Shown piece after piece: positions 37,201 through 49,200 of a stretch of 64,000 nucleotides of DNA. The position numbers were made by a program, and so were the translations under genes. Below the pieces are notes generated by a model that worked only from the letters and a program-made list of their open reading frames with translations, was not told the origin of the DNA and made no database searches. Positions within the stretch are counted from its first letter, which is position 1; each line of letters starts with the position of its first letter. The stretch is from contig CM059432.1 of assembly GCA_030390025.1 (NCBI GenBank), positions 107,324,001-107,388,000 on the forward strand, given 5' to 3'. Source of the DNA: Squalus acanthias. Taxonomy: Eukaryota.

Positions 37201-40200
37201 GGGAATTCCAGAGCTTAGGGCCGAGACAACAGAAGGCACGGCCACCAATGGTTGAGCGATTATAATCAGGGATGCTCAAGAGGGCAGAATTAGAGGAGCG
37301 CAGATATCTCGGGGGCTTGTGGGGCTGAAGGAGATTACAGAGATAGGGGGGGGCGAGGCCATGGAGGGATTTGAAAACAAGGATGAGAATTTTGAAATCG
37401 AGGCGCTGCTTAACCGGGAGCCAATGTAGGTCAGCGAGCACTGGGGTGATGGGTGAACGGGACTTGGTGCGAGTTAGGACACGGGCAGCCGAGTTTTGGA
37501 TCACCTCAAGTTTATGTAGGGTAGAATGTGGGAGGCCAGCCCGGAGTGCGTTGGAATAGTCAAGTCTAGAAGTAACAAAGGCATGCATGAGGGTTTCAGC
37601 AGCAGATGAGCTGAGGAAAGAGCAGAGACGGGCGATGTTACGGAGGTAGAAATAGGCAGTCTTAGTTGGTTGGAAGCTCATTTCAGGGCCAATTATGACA
37701 CCAAGGTTGCGAACAGTGTGGTTCTGCCTCAGACAGATGTTAGGGAGAGGGATGGAATCAGTTGCTAGGGGACGGAGTTTGTGGCGGGGACTGAAAACAA
37801 TGGCTTCGGTCTTCCCAATATTTAATTGGAGAAAATTTCTGCTCATCCAGAATTGGATGTCGGCAAGCAGTCTGACAATTTAGAGAGCGTGGAGGGGTTG
37901 AGAGAAGTGGTGGTGAGGTAGAGGTGGGTGTCGTCAGGGTACATGTGGAAACTGACGCTGTTCTTCTGCAGCTTGGCAGATCGCAGAAAACAAACACTAC
38001 TGGAGCCAACCTCCTTCTCTCACACTCCATTTGCTTTCTCACAATTGGACAGTCATGAACTGCTGTGCGAGTGCAGACAAAAAGACAAACTGACAATCAA
38101 GGAAGCCGTGTTTTTTTCCATTTTTTAAAACGGCTGCTAATCCTGGTGCTGGCAATTAGACACCTGTTGGTCTTCTTTATTAAAAAAAATCACATCACAA
38201 AGAAAGTGAATTGAATTGAAGTCATATGAATTGCTGATGTGCTCGTTTGTTCAACGAAAACAGGAAAATGTTTAAATATTGAATATCGAAGACATGGTTA
38301 TACCACAAAGAAATGAGAGTGAGCTAACCAGTTTCCTAAATAGATAAACAGAGAAGTTAAACTAAAAATAAGGAAGAAAAACAAATCTATTGAGAAAAGG
38401 AGATGGAACTTTGAGGCGCATTTAGGAAAAGTTTAAAACAGGCTAAAAGAAAAGTATGTGGGATGCAAGAAGAAGAACGTAGCAAAGGATTTAACGCAAT
38501 AATAAAACATCTTTTCAGTATCACACTTGCAAGAGTGATTAGGGATGAAGTTGAAAGTGTAAACACATAAACGTGGTAAAGTAATTGAAACAGCAGAATT
38601 ATTTAATGGGTATTTTCTAATGGGAGTTCATTGCAGAGGCCAGTCAATTGGATTACCATGTTACACCTTGGACCTGCACAATGAATCACATCACAATATT
38701 TGCAAGACTTACCTTTTGTCCTTTTGTCGCTGGTTCAGCAAGAGTCCCATCCACTCCTGGTGGTCCCCTTGGACCCTATAAATGATGAGCAACCAATTAA
38801 TGGAGTGATGGGGAACTTACTATAAACACACGCTGTTACATGAAACCAAAAGCCTTTGAGATGAGCGCTGCCACATGCACCAGATATTCACTGATGTGGA
38901 AACAGATACTGGCAATAACATCCATGCAGATGTTGCTGCTTCCTTTCAAGCTCTAATTCACAGAGGAGCATTTACAGCTATGCGTCAACACCAATAAACT
39001 TTTAAAACAATTTGCATTATTTTGTCTTTCAGAAAAAAAGAAAGACTTGCATTTATATAGCACCTTTCATGACCACTCGACATCTCAAAGCGCTTTACAG
39101 CCAATTAAGTACTTTTTGAAGTGTAATCACTGTTGCAATGTAGGAAACGCAGCAGCCAATTTGCGCACCACTTTCAACTCTATAGGATTTGATTAAACAA
39201 TGGTGATAGCAAAGGTCCATCACTGGGTTTATGCCAAATGCACTGGACTACAGGAAACTCTTTATTAACCGGCACCGACAGGACCGGCGTGGTGCCGGTT
39301 TATCGAAAGTACCGGATAACGGAGAGTTATATCTACCGAGGCTATTTTTAACAAAGAAAAATAAATAAATCAAGAAATGTGCAGTATACTTCCGACAGCG
39401 CCAGGAGGCCGAGTAGTGGCACTTTTGAAAACTACCCCTACTGACTAAATCGGCGTTCGCGGACTCGGACTCGGACTCGGGATCGGCAACATTGCCGGTT
39501 ATTTGAGAGGAGTTTTCGGAGTACTCGCCGTTCGCGGAGACTCGACTGCGACTCGGCAACATTGCCGGTTATTTGAGAGGAGTTTTCGGAGGATGATTTT
39601 TGCCGGTTAAGTGAGAATTCCGGATATTTGGGTGCCGGATAAACAAAAGGTTTATGCAAGCAATGTTTTTGGCTCTGGCTGGATCACAAAGTCACTTGTA
39701 TCAAGCATCAATGGACCTTTGCAATGCATCTGGGGATTCATGGGAGCCACAGATCAATCCAGCTGGCCGACAAGGGTTTGAATAAATGGTTGACAAATCT
39801 GGTTGGATGATAAACAAATTTTAGGTTACGAATGTATGAAAAAAGGACAGGAAAAGACCAACTGGCCGATCAAGCATGTCCCATCCTGACAAGATGGAAC
39901 CTACATGCACCATCAAAGTAAGGGCAGAACTAGGTTACATGTTAGGGTTTTTTTTCCCCCCTGAGAATGATGGACCTGTGGAACAGGTTGTCGGCTCATG
40001 CGGTGAACACTGATTTGCTGAATTCAATCAAGCGAGAGTTGGACCTGTTTCTGGCTGGGGTGGAGATCACCTCGTACAAAAGGTAGGTAACTTGTAACAT
40101 TAATGAGGGCCATGGTGGTCTCCTGGAATAGTTTCAATCGACTAAGGGGGTCGGAGGGGAATTTTCCAGAATTCCCCCCCTGCAATTGGTTTTTCGCCTC

Positions 40201-43200
40201 TCCCAGGAGATTACATGGCTCTGGGTGGGTGGGGTGTATCTGTAGCATGATGCATAAGGCATCACCACTGTGTGAGACAGGCTGGATAGGCCAGTAAGTC
40301 TTTGACTGTCCATCATTTTTCATATGTTTGTAAACTACCCTCAGTAACCCAATCTCCTGAAGAGACAAAAAAAGCCTAGAGAGAGAATTCCATAGGCCAA
40401 TTTAGCGGAAAAAAACTCTGGGAAATTCCTTTCCGACCCTCAAAGGCAATCAAGCAAGCTCCAGAATACCATGGTTATGATATCACTTGTCCTAGTGACC
40501 CAACTAGCTTCTGCATCTCAAGATGTCCATGTATAGGTAGGCCTTGAAAGGTTCTTTCAAAAAGTAAAAACTTAAGTTGCTTTTTGGATGTAAAATCTGA
40601 TAACCATGTAGGCTTCACACCTCATGCAATGGAACAGAATGATAACGAATTGTACAGCAATGATTCTTAAAAGATATTGATTGTCAGCAGTACCCTTTTG
40701 AACAAGTGGGACATGTGGCAGCAATAACCTAGAGCCGTTAGTATTTGCTGTTAACTGTTGCTTTTTAAAAAAAAAGGCAGATTTCAGCATGGACCATGTT
40801 TCACTGATCAAGCTGTTTTATGTCATCGTGCAAGCCAAAGGCAGATTATGCCAAACTCTTGCATAATCCACCTATAGTTCAAGTCGATTTTTCCTCCTGT
40901 TAATAATTGTACACAAGGTGCTTCACATTGTATACAGTGCCAGCGTGTATCTTCTCATGGTAGAAGCAGCACGGCTGCCTTAAAGCCACAACAAAAGAGA
41001 ATTAAAGCTAAATCTGGAATGCATAAAACACTTTTAATTGATTTTCACATTGAAGGGGGGAAAAATGCACAAGCATCGGATACCCCTAAAACAAAATACT
41101 AGGCCACCAATGGACTAGGGGTGTAAGTGATCTCATGCAAATCTCATCAGAAGTGCAGTTATAAAGGTGGTCATTCACAGCGCAGTCAAGATGTGCCGGG
41201 ATTAGAACTGAGGTACTTTATGTGGGATGTGTATGCAGATTATATTTATTTACATTTGATATTAGTCTGTGGGGTAATGAAGTTATGTAAACTTTCAAAT
41301 TCGCTGGAACACTGACATTTTTCCATTCCCAGCCCCTGTTGCAGTGGGAAGAGAGAAATCCCCACCCTGCTGGAATTCTACCCACTTCTCACTTTAACGT
41401 GGTTTCCAGTCGCCATTTCTTAATCATTGTTGTTTTGCTTGTTGTATAATACTATGTTTTTGCCCCTTAGAACCATTACTGATATCACTGGACTTACCTA
41501 TGGGAATTCCCCTATCTCACATGTTTGGAAGAAGGGGACCCATGGAGGGATACCAAGCAAGTCAAGGTGTTCAAACGGTGTTCTGTGCCACTTACCAGTA
41601 CCTGCACATCTACAATTATGGACAGAAGTGGTCAGACTACACTTTGGTCAACAGAGACTCTTTTTTTCCAAAGGAAGCTGACAATTTCATCACTAGGATA
41701 TATGAATGACTAACTAACCGGAATGTTAGATGCTTCATCAGAAGCACGCGATCACATGCTTTCGGTGGCATTAAAGAGGTCATTCCAGGGTAGCAAGAGC
41801 CAGCATAGCCTGATTTTCTGCACCTGGCATTTCTGCAGATCCTGGCATATCTACCTGGTAGTGACTGTAGGGAACTGCCTTCACTGGGTCCAGGTCAGCA
41901 GAGTCAGATATTGAGCCAACCTCAAAATCAACTCAAAATAGCACCACCTCACCTCCCCTCCAGCAGGTACTGGGCTGCTCCATCACTCTCCTGCAGACTT
42001 ATTCCTGCACTTTGGTTTCTTATTGTGCCTGAATCTTCTTAGTCCCCTGCTAATGGGTTTTTAAGACTCTCCAAAAGCTTTCAGAATTTTTGGCACCCTA
42101 TTATGACACTTCCTTTAATTGTCCCCATCCCTTTAAATTTTATTTGCATGTAGTTTTCTGCTCCAACCACAAGGATGCCCACTACAGCCATCCAAATCTG
42201 CATCTTTAGTGATGCTAATACTTCCATTTGAGTCTATCTAAAACCGGACCATGGCCATTCGGGTCTAAACTACGGCAAAAGAGGAAAATCTGGACGGCGC
42301 CTTTAATGATTGAAAGAAATGACATCTTCACTGCTCCATCAAAGGGCCTGCAGGAATGGAGATGCAGTGATTCAACACTGGACTGCAAGACAAAAGAAGG
42401 CTGTGTAACATGAAGGGGTGTGATCTGAAGGAAGTTGGTGAATGCCCGAAAGCATTCCTGGGGTGTTTATCACAGGCAAGAGCAGCCTAGGTCAAAGATC
42501 AAAACCTTACTGGGCTCATGAATTAGGCCTGAAGTCCAAGGTGATGGAAAACTCGGAAGTTAAACAGAAACTTAAAATAACTTTAGGAAATAGCAGTGTA
42601 AGGGCAATAGGAGGGATCACATTTTTGAGCGTTAGAGTGAACAACAACAAATTTGCAAGGAGAAGGAAAAGTGGATCTGGAACTGCTGAGACACAGCTGA
42701 TGTTGGTAATTGTGACTGAACAAAATGGAGGCAAGTTAAAGGGGAAGGAAAGTACTGGCTGAGGTTGGGGGGTGGAGGAGAAAGAGAAGTGCTTTCTATT
42801 CAAATAACACTTACTCAAACTCTCTTAAAAATAAATAGTCACAGGCTCCGACGAAGGGTCCCAGCAGAAACATTTCATCTTTCAGGAACACTGACCCAGC
42901 TGGATCAATACTGCGAGGTTAACATCACATTACCTGTTAAAACCCATACAGTGTGGTCTAATATTTATAAGTACAAAGAATTGTTATCTCCCACAAGCCT
43001 GTGACTGCACTTTCTTACATAGCACACTGAACAATTTGCCAGATTAATACAGAACGCATGCACAATATAGCAGAATACCACAACAATGCAGGTCAGTGTT
43101 AAGAGCCAGAAACATGGTGAACCTAACAGGCTGAATTTTTTTTTTATTTAAAAAAAAAACTGCCTCTTCAGCCTGCTTCTATAGGATCAGTGCATTTAGG

Positions 43201-46200
43201 AGAGTAATGGATCTGAACGAGCCAGCTGAATACCTCACCAGAGCCGCTAAATTCCTCATCAAACACCTGTAAAATGTTAAAGTCAGAGCACGTCAATATG
43301 ACAGGGGACTGATATCAGGCTCTAATCATAAATAAAAGCAGTAATAGGAAAGCCAATCAACAGTTAAGAAAGATGTAAAGTGGTATTTACTTACTGGCTC
43401 ACCCGGTCTGCCATCTTCTCCAGGGCGACCAGGGGGACCACGAGGTCCTGGGGAGCCGACAATGTTTGGATTCATCACTTCTGATTGAGCTGGGATACCT
43501 GGTGGGCCTGGCAAACCTGGAGGGCCTGGTGGCCCAGGTAGACCCTAGAAAACAGAGAGGCACACTATTAAACTTGTAGTATGGTAGTGCAATGGTTATG
43601 TACTGGACTAGTAATGCAGAGGCCTGGACTAATAACCCAGGGAATGTGAGTTCATAATCCCACCATGGCAGTCTGAGAATTTGAATTAAGTTTTTTAAAA
43701 ATCTGGAAATAAAAAGCTGGTATCATGAAGCTGTTAAATTAAAATCCTAACTGGTTCATTAACCTGTCAGGAAACCTGCTGTTCTTACTCGGTCTGGCCT
43801 ATAAGTGACTCCAGTCCCATGCCAACATGGATGTCTTGTAACTGCTCACTGAAGTGGCCTAGCAAGCCACTCAGTTGTATGAAACCACAACCAGCAGTTC
43901 AAGAAGAAGGCCCGCCACCATTTTCTCAGGTCAACTGGGATGAGCAATAAATGTCGGTCTCGCAGTGACGTCCACATCCAGAGAATGAATTAAATCAAAG
44001 TAAAGTAATATCTCCCTGCTGGTAACTTCAGGGATGCTTCTGTGGTCCAGAGCTCCCACGTTTCCGAACCTGCTCTCTCTCTGCACGCACCGGATCATGG
44101 AACCATGCCTTTTATAGCAACACTCAAAACTCAAAGAGAAGTGACTGCACATTTCATGAAAGAGATCGATACTATAATAAAGCTACAGAAAGGGAAAACA
44201 GATCAAGGAATGCAATATTATAAGAAATTAGTTTATGGCTTTTAAAAAACTTTTTAAAAATTATATATTTTCCAACAATATGATCAAACTTACCCACTGA
44301 ATTGTCTTTTATGTTTTGTGTCTTTGTTAAAGTTTTTACTTCAAATCCTTGGTCTGTCTCAAAGGCATAGGGGCAAAAATTGGGTCGCGCCCCCTTTGAG
44401 GCGCTAACAGGAGGCGCAAAGCAACCAAATTTTGCCTCCTATAGGCTTTGAAAGGAAGATTTTTACCTAAACAGTGTAGGAGCCTTCAATCATCTCAGTG
44501 CACTCTGAGCATGTGCAGTTTGTAGAATTTCCCAGCATGCAATGCGTGCCTTAACAAGAGTTAAAAGGTCGAACTGTGTGTCCCTTCATTCTGTGGGGAT
44601 TTGAGTTTCTTTGCTTTGTTCAAAAGACTTTGAAAGAAATTGGAGATTGAATTCTCAAAGCAAGTGATGACATTTATTCAATGTATTAACACTTTTGCTT
44701 TTTTGTTATGAACTCCTCACAAAAGAACACCTGCGAGTGGCACTACCCGTTGTTATGAATTCTTTGTTGACAGTTAGAAAAGAAATCAAAGAGATTGTTT
44801 ATTGACAATAGATTTTTTTTTAGCCTATCACCTCTTTATTTTGGTTCTATATATTCAATTAAAAATGATCTCTCCTCTGTGCCATGTTTGAGGTTTCGGG
44901 AATTAAAAAAAATAAGAACTTGGAAACTGCGCAGACAATGAGCGTTTGAGTGTTTTATGAAGTAATATAATTTGTTTCTAAAAGACTATATAATTCAGCA
45001 ATCTAATAGTGCACTAAAGGTTAATTGTTCTGCTTCTATGCTCCTGATGCTGGGAATGCATATTGGGAAAATGTGTGCAACTTTCATCCAATAATTTTAA
45101 GAAGCAAGAAAATTTACCCTTTAATACTTTGAGGCAGGAATATAAAGACAGGAACTAGCAAACAATGGGCACAAATGATTTGCAGATGGAAGCTTACAGG
45201 TGGGAATGCAGTGGGGGTTTGGGGCCTGATTGTTCAAATGGGGCCGAAGGCATTTTGAGTCCCATTCTTCTGGCCCTGATTCTCAACCTGCGCTCACCAC
45301 TACTGAAGCTGCGGAACTTGGCAAATATACCCTGTGTATTGTCAGAGCGAGTCACTCACTCGAATTATCTCCATGTCATTGTCACTATCATCGAAACCAG
45401 AACCTTCAGCATCGAGGATATTCTGCAGAGTGAGAAAAGAGAAAAATAATAAAAACAGCTAGTGAACTGGCATCCGGATATGACCAATATTTTCACAATC
45501 TACAGTTAATCACTCTTTGACCTGATTTGCTTCATTGTTCTATCCTGTTCAACTTGTTGATTTTATACATTTTTCATCAGAAGCATCTCAGAGCGTCGTC
45601 TGTGACCCCTGCTAATACAGGCTGAAAATTCCATGCACTGAAGTTGGCTCACAGGTAGTGACACCCTGCCCCTTACTGAAGCGCCCTCCCCCCCACCCCC
45701 CGGCCTGGCTATACTTTCAAACAGCTGCTCCCGCCCAAACCGTCATGGTGGTGATGTGCCCCTTATCACCAAATCTCACCTTGGTATCTCCCCCTACTCC
45801 TCCTTTGAGCACCTCACCTTGTTCCAGCCCCCTCGCCTCTCCTTTAAAATCCTCTTTTTCTACCGCACCCGCCAAGCCCTACCCCGAGTTTCTGACCAAA
45901 ATATCCTCACTGCTTTCCTCTTTCCATCCTCTGCAAAGAGCGTCTTCTCATCTTCAGTGATTTCAGTCTCCATCTCAACTCAGATCTTGCCCTCTCTCTT
46001 CAGATTTCACTGTCCTCCTGTCTTCCCTTAACCTCTCCCTCCATATAAACTCTCCTACCCATTTTAATGGTCACCCCCTTGACATTGCCATCTCCCGTGA
46101 CCTCTTTATTCCCATCGTCTCAATCACAGACAAGGCCATTTCAGACCACTTCTCTTATCCCACACCACCCACATCCTTCCAAACCCACTTCCTTCTGCAT

Positions 46201-49200
46201 CCACCCCTAAAATAAACTCTTTCCCAAGTCATTTACAACTGCACTTTCAAACTCCCAGCTGCCTCGTCTTTGGTCCTCCGTTTGCCCTGATGCTTCTGCA
46301 GCTGTCAGTCTGCTCAACCACTCCCTTACCTCCACTTTTGATGCCCTTGTTCCCAGTAAAGCCTTTATTCTCTCCCACCCTGGTCATTCCATCTGGTATG
46401 GCCGTTATCTTCCCGCCCTCAAGTCTAAGGCACACAGTCTTGAGTGTATCTGGCATACAACTGGTTTAGCCATCCATTGCCAGATCTAGCTGGACTACAT
46501 CACACCTTGCTCTCCTATGCCAAAACTACTCATGACTCCAGGATAATCCCAGAGAGCAAAGATAACCCCCTGGCTTCTTTTCTCCACTACCAATTGTCTC
46601 CCTAAACCCTCTTCCCTGCCCCTTCCAACCTCATCTCCAGCATAAGGTGCAAGGAGCTCATAGACTCCTTTGTCACTAAGATTGAGACCATCCGTTCAGC
46701 TGCCTCTGCCACTTCCCTGTCTTCCCCATGCCCACCAAGTCAAACCTCCCCAAGGCTCCCTCTGCCCTAGACCTGAACCCAACACTTTATCTAATTACTC
46801 TCCATACTTTCCTCATGGAACTCTCCAATCCCATTTATGATGTATGAATTCCATCTCCTACTCCCTTGACCCCATTCCCACTAAACTGATGACCACCCAA
46901 CTTCCCTTCCTGCACCAGTGCTAGCTGACATTGCAAATAGTTCTCTCTCCTCGGGTACTGTCCCCCTCCCTTTCAAAACTGTTGGCATCACCCACCTCCT
47001 AAAAAAAATACTCTCAACCTCACAGTCCATGCAAACTACCTTCCCGCCTCCAATCTCACTTTCCTTTCTAAAGTTCTTGAGTGTGCTGTTGCCTCCCAAA
47101 TCAATTTCCATCTTTCCCGCAAATTCCTGTTTGAAGCTCTCCAATCAGGTTTCCGCCCTTGCCACAGCACTGAAATGACCCTATAGAAAGTCACAGATGA
47201 ACTCCTCTGCAACTTTATTCGCGGTGCATTATCCCTCCTTGCCCACTCTGTGATCTTTGACATGTCGACTACACCACCTTCCTCCAATGTCTTTCCTCCG
47301 TTGTCCAGCTCAGTAGGACCGCCCTTGCTTGGTTCTACTCATTCCCATTCAATTGTAGCCAGAGCATCTCCAGCAATGGCTTCGCTTCCTGACACCCCCC
47401 CCCCCCACCCCCCATGTGATTGAATAGAGCCCTTTTCATCTTAACCCAGCCCATGAATTTATCGACTAGTTCAAGCTAAAAAAGGTTTAAAGTGGCAGAC
47501 TTCTGACCTTTGACATATGTGGAAATCAGCGAAAGTTATAAAAGGTGCCAGACAATGAGCCAAGGCGTAACTTTGAGTTACAGACATAGGCTGGGACTTT
47601 CCTTGGACTTGCTCCTGCTCTACCGCCGTAACTTCGCCAGAAATTTTGTTTACGTGCGCAATGGGCTTTTCACTGGACTTCCAGTGGCAGAGTGGGAGCA
47701 GCTCCGAGGAAATTCCTGGTCATATGTGAGAGATCTGTATTATGGAGTCTGCTAACCGACTGTGTGCTCCCGGAGTAGAGCCTTGTCCACTGGGAATACG
47801 TATTGGGAAATCACGCAGGGATAGTCCATGACTTTTCATTCATAATGGCTGGAGATTTATGGCTACATGCATGCAACTTCTGTGTTACATGCTCCTGGAA
47901 GGTGAGCCTCTGTGCAGGGAACACACAGCTGGAAAATTTACCTTTCTACATCTATCTTTAAACAAGTATAAGATGAATCTATACTCAAATAAACTCATTT
48001 GGGCTCTCGTCGAGATCAATGCAATTAAACAAAGTATGAACATGCATTCATATACCATCTTATTAAGTCCTCAGGACATCCAAAAGCCTTTAACAACAAA
48101 TGGATTACTGTTTAACGTGCAAGATACAACAAACAGTAAAGGAATGGTGTTGGCTGAGGGAGGAATGTTGGCCGGGACAGCAGGAGAACTCCCTGCTCTT
48201 CTTCCAATAATGGCCTGGAGTCTTTAACATCCATTTGAAGCCTTAGTATAACATCTCACATGAAAGATGGCATTTCCGACAGTGCAGTACTCACTCCCTC
48301 AGGACTGCCAACCTAGATTATGTGCTCAAGTCTGTAACTGGGGCTTGAACTCATGACCTTCTAGCCCAGAAGCGAGAGGGCTACCAACTGAGCCCAACCA
48401 ACACTGAAAAGTACCAATAAGCTGATTTTCTTTTGAACAGAGGAGTCTTTTATTGTAGTTTCTATGTGCACCACTAATATTTATTAGTAGATTCACAAAA
48501 ACCAACTATCCAGTAAAAGAAAGGGTTTGGTCACAAAACCAAGGCCCAAACCGTTCATTAAATGTGTACTGATCTTTACTTACAAGTCTGTGTTGTGGAC
48601 CAGGTGGACCAGGTGGACCAGGAGGACCTGGTGAACCGGAAAACCCAGGGTCGCCCTGAGGGGAGAGAAAGATAATAATCTACCGCAACATAAAATATAG
48701 TAGTAGCTGAGGAATCAAAGTCTACAGGAGGGATAGCTGCCTAACAGCTCACTAGTAGCACAATATCTTTCCACCTGGAATCCTTACTACATTTCTCTGA
48801 ACCACTGCGTGGTTAGGAAACCAGCTGCTTAGACTGTAACTGTGTTTAATTAGGATTAAAGTACGTTTTTGCCTCTTTGGTGAAATAGCATTCGTTGTAA
48901 ATTTAAGTCCATTTGCTCTGCATGATATTATTTATTTGAGGAACCTTTTAACTGAAGCAGAGATTTTATATAATACATCTTTGTTCTAAGTATTTCATAC
49001 GACTGTTGATGGAGATGGGGTCTGAGGACGGCCAGGTTGCTGGGAAAGGGAGGTGAGATACCCTGTCCAACAGTAGGTGAAAAATCACATCATCTGTGCG
49101 GAGCATTGCAAGGAAAGGATTAATCAGACTGTCCTGAAGTCTGCTAATGTTACACTACTATTGATTTCTCTTTACATTGTTAGTAACATTAACCTTTAGC

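Noticed and set aside
42847..42875. Hammerhead-like remnant ccgacgaagggtcccagcagaaacatt
   Set aside because: Core and stems are too degenerate to call; at most an old pLTR relic.
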